29,428 nucleotides of DNA, taken from the IMG/VR virus record IMGVR_UViG_3300037264_009888; one strand, given 5' to 3'. Every line of letters starts with the position of its first letter. The stretch's first letter is position 1. A program made the translations under genes and the position numbers. Below are positions 1 through 7,241 of the stretch, in pieces. This DNA is from a virus. Below the pieces are notes generated by a model. That model saw nothing but the letters and a program-made list of their open reading frames with translations. It was not told the DNA's origin and made no database searches.

Positions 1-159
1 TCATGCCGCCTTGAACATGCTAGGCCGAATCCCCGCCTTCGCCAGCAACTTCCCGAAACTCACGCCCCCCTGGGCCGCCTGGGGACGGGGCCGCCTCTCG
101 GGCTTGTAGCCCTTCGGGGCCGGAACCACCACTCCGTACCTGCTCATGTCTGTCGCCAT
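1..159 (-). CDS. hypothetical small protein (52 aa, MATDMSRYGVV...)
   Basis: ATG at 157-159 (minus) with GGGCCCCTGCC...AAGGAGGGACGGAGA directly upstream; stop at 1-3. Start taken at the RBS-supported Met, not the ORF-track Met. Confidence 0.5.
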   Translation of the reverse strand: MATDMSRYGVVVPAPKGYKPERRPRPQAAQGGVSFGKLLAKAGIRPSMFKAA

Positions 160-234
160 TCTCCGTCCCTCCTTTGACTTCCGGCAGGGGCCCGTCGGCG
201 TTTCCGGCACGTACAGCCTGCCCGGACATGGAGT

Positions 235-273
235 GGCCCCCTGCCTGGGGCACAAGCCGCCAGGCAGGGGGCC
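235..273. repeat. perfect 14-bp inverted repeat (GGCCCCCTGCCTGG / CCAGGCAGGGGGCC) with 11-nt loop; possible terminator or RNA element
   Basis: Read directly. The stem contains the GGCCCCCTGCC start-associated motif. It lies between the stop of the 322..684 gene and the upstream element of the 1..159 gene. Confidence 0.6.
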
Positions 274-321
274 GGGGGACGGAACTTCTCGGAACTGCTT
301 GTCGGTACGGCGTTTACGGCA

Positions 322-684
322 TTACGCTGCGTCGTGAATCCAGGTTGTATCCCGCTGGTGCTCCTGCATCCACTTCAACGCCAGCCGCTTGCCCTTGCGG
401 TACTGCTCCTGCGGGACGACCACCCACCGCTTGCCCATGAATATGTTGCCGCTGGCTGTCGCCCCGATGCAATCCTGGTGGGGACGCCAGAAGTCCGCCC
501 GCACGCCCTCGGCCTTCAGGTACTCGATGACCCGCTCCAGTTCCGCCAGAACCTTGTCCGTGGGGGCCGGACTGTCGCTGCATCTCCCGCAGTCGCTCGA
601 TCCCGCAACCGCATGTCTCGGAATGTCGTAGCTGTCGCGGCCCCAGCCGTCAACGCCCTTGTGCCGCCTGAATTGGCTCGCCAT
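322..684 (-). CDS. hypothetical protein (120 aa, MASQFRRHKGVDGW...)
   Basis: RBS GAAGGAGGAC then ATG at 682-684, preceded by GGGCCAGGGCCCCTGCGAGG. Real start is internal to ORF-track 322..804. Confidence 0.55.
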   Translation of the reverse strand: MASQFRRHKGVDGWGRDSYDIPRHAVAGSSDCGRCSDSPAPTDKVLAELERVIEYLKAEGVRADFWRPHQDCIGATASGNIFMGKRWVVVPQEQYRKGKRLALKWMQEHQRDTTWIHDAA

Positions 685-724
685 CGTCTCGTCCTCCTTC
701 GCTTCCTCGCAGGGGCCCTGGCCC

Positions 725-967
725 CTAGTCCTCCGGCACGTAGGGGAACGGGTATCGCTCCTCCTCCGTGTCCCCAATGTCCTGCCTCGGCGTAGGGTCC
801 GCACGCCGGAAGCCCATCTTGCCCTCGGGCTGCGGAGCCTGCCCCTTCCCCCCGACGGCGTTCTCGGGAGCGGCGTTTTCCAGCCGCTCCGCAGCCTCGT
901 GCAGGAACTTCGCTATCTCCCGCGGGCTCTCGGAAGGCTCCGTGTCCACTGAAATCGTGATCTTCAT
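725..967 (-). CDS. hypothetical protein (80 aa, MKITISVDTEPSE...)
   Basis: GGGCCCCGCCCGGGAGTTGAAGGGAGGGCCGAGG precedes ATG at 965-967; internal start of ORF 725..1282. Confidence 0.5.
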   Translation of the reverse strand: MKITISVDTEPSESPREIAKFLHEAAERLENAAPENAVGGKGQAPQPEGKMGFRRADPTPRQDIGDTEEERYPFPYVPED

Positions 968-1026
968 CCTCGGCCCTCCCTTCAACTCCCGGGCGGGGCC
1001 CGCTTGCCGGCACTGGCGTTTCTCGC

Positions 1027-1239
1027 CTACCGGACCGACCGGGCCGGATGCCCCCACGCCCCCATGCCCTTCGCCTTCCCGATCGCGTCCCGCATGTTCG
1101 CCAGGGCCAAGACCCCGAAGAACGCGGACAGGCAGCAAATCCCGAACGCCCCGAAGGCCAGCAGGGCCAGCAGCGACAGGCCGAAGTTGGCAACCGCCAC
1201 CAGGCCCGACAGAACGGCCAGAATCTTCATCCGCAGCAT
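1027..1239 (-). CDS. small hydrophobic membrane protein (70 aa)
   Basis: MLRMKILAVLSGLVAVANFGLSLLALLAFGAFGICCL is strongly hydrophobic. RBS GGGAGGGAAC lies upstream of ATG at 1237-1239. Confidence 0.5.
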   Translation of the reverse strand: MLRMKILAVLSGLVAVANFGLSLLALLAFGAFGICCLSAFFGVLALANMRDAIGKAKGMGAWGHPARSVR

Positions 1240-1281
1240 CTTCGTTCCCTCCCTCAAGTCCCCTCTGCCCGGCTCCCGGCA

Positions 1282-1521
1282 CTACGCCGGAACCATGTAC
1301 GACTGGCCGACTACCTTGCCGCCCGGGCGGGCGTAGACTACCGACGCCATCGCCAGGACCTTCCGGCAGTGGCCGTCAAACCTCGGCCCCAGGACCTCGG
1401 TCTCAACCATCCTGTACTTCCCGCCGTCCAGCAGCTCAACGAACCGCCGGACCGCAGACCCGGCAACCTTCTTGCCGGCCCGCAGGGCGGCCAGGAACTC
1501 CCGTCTCGTCGCTTGTCTCAT
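1282..1521 (-). CDS. hypothetical protein (79 aa)
   Basis: GGGCCCCTGCCGGAAGCCGGAAGGGGGACGACG precedes ATG at 1519-1521. Confidence 0.55.
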   Translation of the reverse strand: MRQATRREFLAALRAGKKVAGSAVRRFVELLDGGKYRMVETEVLGPRFDGHCRKVLAMASVVYARPGGKVVGQSYMVPA

Positions 1522-1553
1522 CGTCGTCCCCCTTCCGGCTTCCGGCAGGGGCC

Positions 1554-1781
1554 CTACCCCTCAGCCGGCACGTCGCTCTTGCTCTCAACGTCGCTCGGAT
1601 CGATGTCGCAGTCCCCGATGACAAGCTCGAAACTCGACAGCTCGAACGGGTGCGGGAAGCCAGCCGCGCGAACGGGCCAGGTAAAGTACCACTCGCACTC
1701 GCTCTCGTCATGCAGCACCGTCCAGCCTTCCTTGCGGAACTTCTCCGCCGCATCCTCCGCGTACTCCAGGCACGAAGCCAT
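1554..1781 (-). CDS. hypothetical acidic protein (75 aa, MASCLEYAEDAAEKF...)
   Basis: ORF with modest RBS (GGGAG..AAGGGATG); no start-associated element. A competing ORF 1436..1870 in another frame is low-complexity. Confidence 0.45.
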   Translation of the reverse strand: MASCLEYAEDAAEKFRKEGWTVLHDESECEWYFTWPVRAAGFPHPFELSSFELVIGDCDIDPSDVESKSDVPAEG

Positions 1782-1856
1782 CCCTTCTGCTCCCTCTGCT
1801 TCCCGTTCTTGAACTGAAGGCAGACTTCCATCAGAACGTCCTGGTTCACGTCCATC

Positions 1857-1991
1857 CTAGTATCCCCCAAGCAAGGTCACCGAGAAGCCCCGAATCTCGT
1901 ATGTCACGCCTTCCCGAACCAGCTGGGCGACGAACGCCGCCATCAGCCTCATCCCGTCCTCATCCGCATCGAAGTCAACGGTATGCCTCAT
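1857..1991 (-). CDS. hypothetical mini-protein (44 aa, MRHTVDFDADEDGMRLMAAFVAQL...)
   Basis: Translated by hand. ATG at 1989-1991 overlaps the TGA (1988-1990) of the upstream gene as ATGA, with GGGAGGA 9 nt upstream. Below the ORF-track size cutoff. Confidence 0.3.
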   Translation of the reverse strand: MRHTVDFDADEDGMRLMAAFVAQLVREGVTYEIRGFSVTLLGGY

Positions 1992-2182
1992 GGCCGCTGG
2001 TCCTCCCGCTTCCGCTCGGGGCCCTGCCGCTGGCAGTCCCGCTCGCTGGCACGCCCAATGTCCCCGCCGCTCGCCCTGACGATGTTCGTCAGCAACGCCT
2101 GCTGGACGCTGTTCGTCCCGTTCCCCGCCAACGCCGCCCTGAACTCCTGCATGGAAAGCCCGTGATGGTCAAAGGTTATCAT
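1988..2182 (-). CDS. hypothetical protein (64 aa, MITFDHHGLSMQEF...)
   Basis: GGGCCCCTGCGAGCAGTTGAAAGGGGACGGAT precedes ATG at 2180-2182. Confidence 0.5.
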   Translation of the reverse strand: MITFDHHGLSMQEFRAALAGNGTNSVQQALLTNIVRASGGDIGRASERDCQRQGPERKREDQRP

Positions 2183-2357
2183 ATCCGTCCCCTTTCAACT
2201 GCTCGCAGGGGCCCGCCCCTCCTGGCACGTACCGCCAGGACGCCGACCCCCGCCGGGCCCCGACCTTGAATCGCGGGCTGGGAGGAAGGCGATTCATCCG
2301 GACCCGACCCCCGGACGCCTTCCTGCCCAGCCAAACAACCAGGCCAAGGAGAACGCC

Positions 2358-2534
2358 ATGCGCAACGGAAACAGCGGGACCGCCATCAGAAACTGCGGAT
2401 GCAGCAACGCCTTCCAGGACGCCCGCTACGGCCCCGGCCGCCGCGTCGCCAACGCGACCAAGGACGGGCACCGCTGCACCTCGTGCGGCCAGGCCATCGC
2501 CCGGCAGGCAAAGCCCGTCGCCGCCATGGCCTAG
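2358..2534 (+). CDS. small Cys4 zinc-ribbon-like protein (58 aa, ...NCGCSN...HRCTSCGQ...)
   Basis: Hand-translated. RBS AAGGAGAAC at 2346-2354, ATG 2358, TAG 2532-2534. First plus-strand gene after the divergent intergenic region 2183..2357. Confidence 0.5.
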   Translation: MRNGNSGTAIRNCGCSNAFQDARYGPGRRVANATKDGHRCTSCGQAIARQAKPVAAMA

Positions 2535-2571
2535 CGGCAGGGCCCCGTCCCTGGGACGGAGGGACAAGACA

Positions 2572-2724
2572 ATGGGCGTCAGCGTCATGCAGGCCGGCTG
2601 GTTCTGGCTCCTTGTCCCCGAATGGAGGGACGGAAGCCTCTACGCCGTGACCGTCCAGTTCTGGTGCGAGCGGGGCGACACGGTGGTCCACGGGGCCAAG
2701 CCCTACGCCAGCGTCTACGGATAG
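2572..2724 (+). CDS. hypothetical protein (50 aa, MGVSVMQAGWFWLLVPEW...)
   Basis: GGCAGGGCCCCGTCCCTGGGACGGAGGGACAAGACA precedes ATG at 2572. It is the 3' portion of ORF-track 2266..2724. Confidence 0.45.
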   Translation: MGVSVMQAGWFWLLVPEWRDGSLYAVTVQFWCERGDTVVHGAKPYASVYG

Positions 2725-2751
2725 GGCCCCGCCGAGAGACCGGAGGAACCG

Positions 2752-2964
2752 ATGCCAAAATATCCCGAGGGCAAGTTCTACGTCGGGATGAGGGGCGAGA
2801 ACCCCGACCCCAAGTATCCCTGCATCATCTCCGGCCCCTTCGATGTCCCGCCGGACATGGGCACTTCCGGGCACAACCTGTGGACCCGCCAGGGCCACGC
2901 CTGGGTCTGGGTCAGGGCCGCCCCATACGTGCCGCCACGCTGCCCCTGCTGCGGCAGGGCATAG
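2752..2964 (+). CDS. hypothetical protein (70 aa, C-terminal CPCCG)
   Basis: TAGGGCCCCGCCGAGAGACCGGAGGAACCG precedes ATG at 2752. Confidence 0.5.
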   Translation: MPKYPEGKFYVGMRGENPDPKYPCIISGPFDVPPDMGTSGHNLWTRQGHAWVWVRAAPYVPPRCPCCGRA

Positions 2965-2996
2965 GGCCCCTGCCCCCAGGACGGAGGGACGACGAC

Positions 2997-3632
2997 ATGC
3001 GATGCCACCACGGAATGGAAGAGGGACAGTGCGCGGCCTGCAACCGCCTTTCCAGCCTGCTCGCCGCCCAAAAGGCAAAGAAGTCCGCCGAGGCAGCCAA
3101 GGAAGCCGCCAAGGCCGCTGCCAAGCAGGCCCGCGAGGAACGCCTCAAGCCGCAGTTCGCCCGCGACGAGGACTACTTCATCGGCCTCGGCCTTCTGGCC
3201 GCGACCTGCTTCGTGGACGCCCACGTCCCCCCGCAGTTCCGCGCCAAGTTCGCCGGCGACTACCTCGGCCTCACCGGCCTGCCCGCCAACGCGGGCGACA
3301 CTGGCTTCACGACCGCAGACCCCAACCAGTGGGGCATCAGCATGAGGATATACTTCCCCAAGCGGGTCTTGAGCATCCTCCCCGGACTGGAAGCCTTCGT
3401 CACCTGCACCGACATCTCCGATTCCAACACCTCCGCCGTCAACAACAAGCGGTGGGCCTACGAGCTCTTCTCCCTCGGATTCCGCCTCGGAAGGAAGCAC
3501 GACCTCGAGGCGATCCGCCGCTCCATCCCGCCCGAGAGCCTGGAAGCCTTCGACCTCGGCTTCTCCTCGGCCGCCCCAGCAGAATCCGTCCAAATGTCCG
3601 CGGCCCCGGCCTCGGCATCGGCCGCCGCATAG
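2997..3632 (+). CDS. CHHGME-motif protein, paralog A (211 aa)
   Basis: CATAGGGCCCCTGCCCCCAGGACGGAGGGACGACGAC precedes ATG at 2997. Protein opens MRCHHGMEEGQCAACNRL, followed by a K/A-rich helix. Confidence 0.6.
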   Translation: MRCHHGMEEGQCAACNRLSSLLAAQKAKKSAEAAKEAAKAAAKQAREERLKPQFARDEDYFIGLGLLAATCFVDAHVPPQFRAKFAGDYLGLTGLPANAGDTGFTTADPNQWGISMRIYFPKRVLSILPGLEAFVTCTDISDSNTSAVNNKRWAYELFSLGFRLGRKHDLEAIRRSIPPESLEAFDLGFSSAAPAESVQMSAAPASASAAA

Positions 3633-3676
3633 TGCCTGGAAGCCGGGCCCCTGCCCCAAGCCGGAGGACGACGACA

Positions 3677-3991
3677 ATGAAATGCCACCACGGAATGGAA
3701 CAGGAACAGTGCGGATGCTGCCAGAAGCTCGCCATCCTGGCCGCCCAGCAGAAGGCCGCGAGGGACGAGGCCGCCGCCAAGGAAAAGGCCAAGGCCGACA
3801 AGGCCGCATCCAAGGCCAAGGCCGAGGCCGACAAGCAGGCCCGCAAGGCCGCACGCGAGGCCAAGGCCGAGACAAGGGCCGAACTGGCCCGCGAGCGGTT
3901 CGCCGTCAAGGCCCAGCGGGACTACGAGGCCGCCCATCCCGAACTGGCCGCGGCGGCAGTGGCGGCAGTGCCGGCCGCGGACGCCGCCTAG
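3677..3991 (+). CDS. CHHGME-motif protein, paralog B (104 aa)
   Basis: GGGCCCCTGCCCCAAGCCGGAGGACGACGACA precedes ATG at 3677. Protein opens MKCHHGMEQEQCGCCQKL and has a K/A/E-rich helical tail. Confidence 0.6.
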   Translation: MKCHHGMEQEQCGCCQKLAILAAQQKAARDEAAAKEKAKADKAASKAKAEADKQARKAAREAKAETRAELARERFAVKAQRDYEAAHPELAAAAVAAVPAADAA

Positions 3992-4021
3992 GGCCCCGGC
4001 CCCAAGCCGGAGGAAACGACA

Positions 4022-4300
4022 ATGGCTTCCGACTGCATCAAGGCCAAACTCATCGCCGCTGCCTGCGTCTACGACGCCCGGCAGGCCAAGAGGCCCGGCT
4101 ACAACCGCTACGCCCTGCCCCAGTACGTCGCCAGAATCCACGAGGTATGCGACGCCCTGCCAGCAGACGCCCTGCCAGCAGACCCCAGCGTCCGAAAGGG
4201 GCTGCTGCATGGCTTCAGCGGCAGGCTCGCCGACGCCATGCTGAAGGCCGTCGGCCAGCCCAAGGCGACCAACGACGAGGCCCGTGCCGCAGGCTGGTAG
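4022..4300 (+). CDS. hypothetical protein (92 aa)
   Basis: TAGGGCCCCGGCCCCAAGCCGGAGGAAACGACA precedes ATG at 4022. Contains an in-frame 15-bp duplication (ALPADALPAD). Confidence 0.55.
   Translation: MASDCIKAKLIAAACVYDARQAKRPGYNRYALPQYVARIHEVCDALPADALPADPSVRKGLLHGFSGRLADAMLKAVGQPKATNDEARAAGW
4154..4183 (+). repeat. perfect 2x15-bp tandem duplication (gccctgccagcagac x2)
   Basis: Read directly; in frame inside CDS 4022..4300. Confidence 0.9.
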
Positions 4301-4334
4301 CCGGGCCCCGCCCAAACGCCGGAGGGACGCGAAC

Positions 4335-4589
4335 ATGACGACGACGAAGCCGAAGATGCGGGTCATGCGGGACGAAGAGTTGGACCGCCCCGAGCAACTG
4401 GAATGCAGGCTGGCCCAACTGCGTGCGGAACTGGCGACGGCGGACGACAAGGCCCAGACGGTACGCCGCATTGAGCGGCTCAAGCAACGCCTGAACCCCA
4501 ACGGGACGGTCAAGCCCCCCGTCCCCGCCATCATGCTGGTCAGCAAGCGGGACGTTGACGACTGGGGCGACCGCCATCCCGCCATGTAG
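4335..4589 (+). CDS. hypothetical protein (84 aa, MTTTKPKMRVMRDEELDRPEQLECRLAQLRAELA..., predicted helical)
   Basis: TAGCCGGGCCCCGCCCAAACGCCGGAGGGACGCGAAC precedes ATG at 4335. Confidence 0.55.
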   Translation: MTTTKPKMRVMRDEELDRPEQLECRLAQLRAELATADDKAQTVRRIERLKQRLNPNGTVKPPVPAIMLVSKRDVDDWGDRHPAM

Positions 4590-4604
4590 GGCCCCGACCG
4601 AGAG

Positions 4605-4850
4605 ATGCAAGACAAGGCCATGGGGCAGGGTCACGAGGGCAACGACGGCATTGCGCCGTCCCCTCCCCCTGCCCACGCCTTTGCCCCCGCCCATTCCTGG
4701 CACGGCCCGCCAGGCCGCCAGGGCATGACGGCCGGGCCCCGCCCCAAGGCCGGAGGGACGAGCCATGCGAGTCAAGATTACCGTGGACGAGGAAGAGATC
4801 AGGAAGCTCATCGTCGGGCTGCTGGCAGACAAGAGCGGCGTCGAGGTTGA
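4605..4850 (+). CDS. doubtful ORF (81 aa, Pro/Gly/Arg-rich low complexity)
   Basis: Preceded by TAGGGCCCCGACCGAGAG but with no good RBS. Overlaps the better-supported 4765..4944 gene in another frame. Confidence 0.2.
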   Translation: MQDKAMGQGHEGNDGIAPSPPPAHAFAPAHSWHGPPGRQGMTAGPRPKAGGTSHASQDYRGRGRDQEAHRRAAGRQERRRG

Positions 4851-4944
4851 CCCGCAGGCGATCGTCTTCCACTCGCCGGACAACGACGAGATCAGCGCCT
4901 CCATCGACGTCGACGCTGCCGACCTGCACCCTGTTCCGAACTAG
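4765..4944 (+). CDS. hypothetical acidic protein (59 aa, MRVKITVDEEEIRKLIVGLL...)
   Basis: GCCGGGCCCCGCCCCAAGGCCGGAGGGACGAGCC precedes ATG at 4765; TAG at 4942-4944. Hand-translated; below the ORF-track cutoff. Confidence 0.45.
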   Translation: MRVKITVDEEEIRKLIVGLLADKSGVEVDPQAIVFHSPDNDEISASIDVDAADLHPVPN

Positions 4945-5176
4945 GCCGAGGGCCCCGCCAAGAAGACATGAGAGATTCGGGAAGTTCGTCAGTCAACCGG
5001 GTGGTGAATGAGGCAGCGGGGCGCTGGTAGAGACCCGACCGAGGGCAGCCACCTACGGGGAACGCACGGCCATGCCCCATATCGCCAGCAGCCGACCGGA
5101 GGGCTAGGCCAGCCCAAGGGCGTCGGTATCCGAGGGAGGGCCCCGCCCGAGGATGCAGGTAGGAGGGGCGAGTATT

Positions 5177-5217
5177 GGCGGGGGACGGCCTGGCAAGCCG
5201 CCCCCAGCCCTTTTGTG
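5177..5217 (+). terminator. putative intrinsic terminator for the plus-strand small-gene array
   Basis: Imperfect GC-rich stem GGCGGGGGACGGCC..GCCGCCCCCAGCC with an inner CGGC/GCCG helix, followed by CTTTTGTG. Folding not computed. Confidence 0.3.
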
Positions 5218-5462
5218 CGGGCAGATTCCAGGCACTGAGTGCGAGGAAGAGCAGTGCCATGGGCAAATCGAGCAGGGGGGGCGCCTATCCCCCCGTCCAT
5301 GCGAAAGGGACTCCCGGGCCGTTTTGGGTACCCCGTTGGGATGGCCCTCCACGAACAAAGGCCTAACGCGAGGGTCTCCTGCGGCTGGGGGGTTGGGAAA
5401 ATTCCTAACCCCCCGTGGGGGGTCGAAAAAGGTACTGGGATTGGCCGGCAGGGAATCCTAAT

Positions 5463-6866
5463 CTATTCAACTATTAGATGAAGAGGAAAGTCCGTCTTGT
5501 TGCTTTTTGCAAGGTTCGTTTTCTTGTCCAATTGCTGGTATTCGGTTGTAGAGAAAAGGCTTTTGGGCTTTACATGGTCTGTTTGGGAGTTTTCCGCAGT
5601 CAGGGGCATGCCGCTGACGGGGTCCCGGTCCGGTGCTTGCCTGATGGATTCGCGTCGGCCGATTTCCGTGACTCCCTTCATCTTTACCCCAATGTCTAAA
5701 CCAGGAATCGCCTCCAGCAGGCACTGAAGATTGGAGAGACGGGCCTCTATATTCTTTACGACATGGGTATTGGATTTAGAGAAACTGAGACCTTCCGTAT
5801 CGTTCCATGTACCGTGTGCGAAGAACATGTTCGCAAGCTTTTTCTCGTTTTCCCTGACGAATGCGTCTGTGAAGACCCTTTTTTGCATCTGCTGGACGAA
5901 GAACCAAATGCAGTCAGACACCCACACGTCAGTCATCCTGTTCTGGGTCTGCTTGTCCCTGAGCATGTCATTGAATGCGCTGCAAGCCTTGCGTATAACA
6001 TCTATCTGCTTTCTCCTGTCAGGACCAAGTTTGTCGAGGTCCTCCTCGTAGAATTTCGATTCCATCGGAGAGTTGCACAATTCGAGTTGTTGCTCCAGGT
6101 TACAGAGAGCCTTGTCCTTTGACGCCCCACCAAGGTCCCTTACCTGGAAGCTGTCGTCGAGCCTTGTTCCCAATGGCAGGAGCAGCAACTTGTGCACGAA
6201 GATTATTCGGCTGAGTTCGTTTTGTGCCGTCTTGCGTTGGAGTGCCCTTACAAGGAGAGTCTTGTCCTTGAAAAACCACTCCCAAAGGAACTCCAGGAAT
6301 CTCTTCGTTCTGGCGTGCAAGCAATACTGCTTCTCTGTCGCTCCAAGGGATTCTCCTCCGTTGATGCGGCTGAACAGGAGCATTCTGGCGGCGGTCGTCA
6401 AAGGGTCGTAACAGTACATGTGCAGATTGTACTCGTCAAAGGAGCGCATGATAGCCCCGCACGTTACATCCCCCTCCTCGGACCTTCTTGCTATCTGCCC
6501 GTATGTCATGTTCTTGGAGATTTCCTCGGCGACTCGCGGGGGGGTAAATAGCACTGGGACGGTCAGCTCGTCGTCTCGGAAGGCTTTGATGGTTGACAGC
6601 CTTTGCTTGCCGTCGGCAACCCACCAATCGCTCGCCGCAGAAGGCTTGCTCTTGGCTACTACATGTATCAGGTTGATGGGCTTGTCCTCGACGATGGACT
6701 CAATAAGCGCTCGCTGCTTCGCTTTGGTCCAGACCTCTCCTCTTTGGTAAACATCCTCGAGGTCGTATCTTGCCGACTGTTGGCAGAACTGCTGGATGGT
6801 CATTACCTTTGGAACTGGCTTGTCTTGCTGTTCCCTGAATGGATCAATTGCTGTTTTCGTGTTCAT
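5463..6866 (-). CDS. DUF262 (ParB-like NTPase) + DUF1524 (His-Me finger) GmrSD-family type IV restriction-like endonuclease (467 aa)
   Basis: N-terminal DGKQRLSTI matches the DUF262 DGQQRLTT motif. C-terminal ...QTDHVKPKS matches the DUF1524 (E/D)HIxPxS motif. Visibly lower GC than its flanks. ATG at 6864-6866 with GGAG 7 nt upstream; the ORF-track GTG at 6878 is less likely. Confidence 0.8.
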   Translation of the reverse strand: MNTKTAIDPFREQQDKPVPKVMTIQQFCQQSARYDLEDVYQRGEVWTKAKQRALIESIVEDKPINLIHVVAKSKPSAASDWWVADGKQRLSTIKAFRDDELTVPVLFTPPRVAEEISKNMTYGQIARRSEEGDVTCGAIMRSFDEYNLHMYCYDPLTTAARMLLFSRINGGESLGATEKQYCLHARTKRFLEFLWEWFFKDKTLLVRALQRKTAQNELSRIIFVHKLLLLPLGTRLDDSFQVRDLGGASKDKALCNLEQQLELCNSPMESKFYEEDLDKLGPDRRKQIDVIRKACSAFNDMLRDKQTQNRMTDVWVSDCIWFFVQQMQKRVFTDAFVRENEKKLANMFFAHGTWNDTEGLSFSKSNTHVVKNIEARLSNLQCLLEAIPGLDIGVKMKGVTEIGRRESIRQAPDRDPVSGMPLTAENSQTDHVKPKSLFSTTEYQQLDKKTNLAKSNKTDFPLHLIVE

Positions 6867-6959
6867 CGTAGGCTCCACGCCTTTCCTGCTGTCAAATCAC
6901 AATGGCAGATTATATCTGGAAGATGGGAGGGCTTGACTTAAATTTGCCCATTCCCTGGA

Positions 6960-7180
6960 GACGAAGACGGCCCTGGCGGGTTTGGCCGCAGGGCCGTCTT
7001 GCCGGAATCGGGGAATCCGGAAACCCTGGGGCTTGTGGAGAGCCCTCGCACCTCCGGATTAAGGAATCCGGTGGACCCCGGTCACTGTGGCAGACGGACG
7101 CCCCTAGGGATTGAGGGATCCCAGGAAACCCCTCGAATTGAGGAATTCGAGGCGACCCCCGGAAGCTCCGGGACGCTGCC
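6960..7180. promoter_or_regulatory. array of related imperfect palindromes (CCGGATTAAGGAATCCGG, GGGATTGAGGGATCCC, CGAATTGAGGAATTCG, GGAATCGGGGAATCC); putative operator cluster in the leader of the DUF262 gene
   Basis: Read directly. Shared core is GGAATT(N)AGG(N)AATCC-like. Lies between the 7205..7241 promoter and the DUF262 start. Confidence 0.4.
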
Positions 7181-7211
7181 CGCGAGGAGGGTACCGCTCG
7201 CAGACTGGTAC

Positions 7212-7241
7212 ATCATACGCCGTCGGGGAGGGGGATGTCAA
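7212..7241 (-). promoter_or_regulatory. sigma70-type promoter (TTGACA-18-TATGAT) reading toward the DUF262 gene
   Basis: Minus strand: -35 TTGACA at 7241-7236, -10 TATGAT at 7217-7212. Confidence 0.5.

Noticed and set aside
768-1817. 349-aa plus-strand ORF and other long ORFs spanning 768..4621 (2778..3875 minus, 3458..4621 minus, 2843..3991 plus upstream part, 516..1193 minus)
   Set aside because: Each spans several compact start-associated-element genes in the wrong frame or strand and is P/R/G/S-rich. Only the segments that begin at an RBS-plus-element-supported ATG were kept.
2266-2724. 152-aa ORF as one gene
   Set aside because: Its 5' two-thirds is Pro/Arg/Thr-rich and overlaps the RBS-supported 2358..2534 zinc-ribbon gene in another frame. 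Only the 3' portion from ATG 2572, preceded by the start-associated element, was kept.
5372-5428. G/C hairpins (GGGGGGTT..AACCCCCC; CCCCCCGTGGGGGG) as the terminator of the DUF262 gene
   Set aside because: On the minus strand the T-run precedes rather than follows the stems, and on the plus strand no U-tract follows. Not a canonical intrinsic terminator.
4945-5462. tRNA or tmRNA gene in the non-coding spacer
   Set aside because: No GTTCGANTCC-like T-loop with a 7-bp acceptor stem or cloverleaf spacing found by eye on either strand. Left as an unassigned possible ncRNA.
6908-6913. TATAAT (minus strand) just upstream of the DUF262 start as its promoter
   Set aside because: No acceptable -35 at 16-19 bp (TCAAGC or GTCAAG). 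The consensus promoter at 7212-7241 with the operator array is the better candidate. A weak secondary promoter cannot be excluded.
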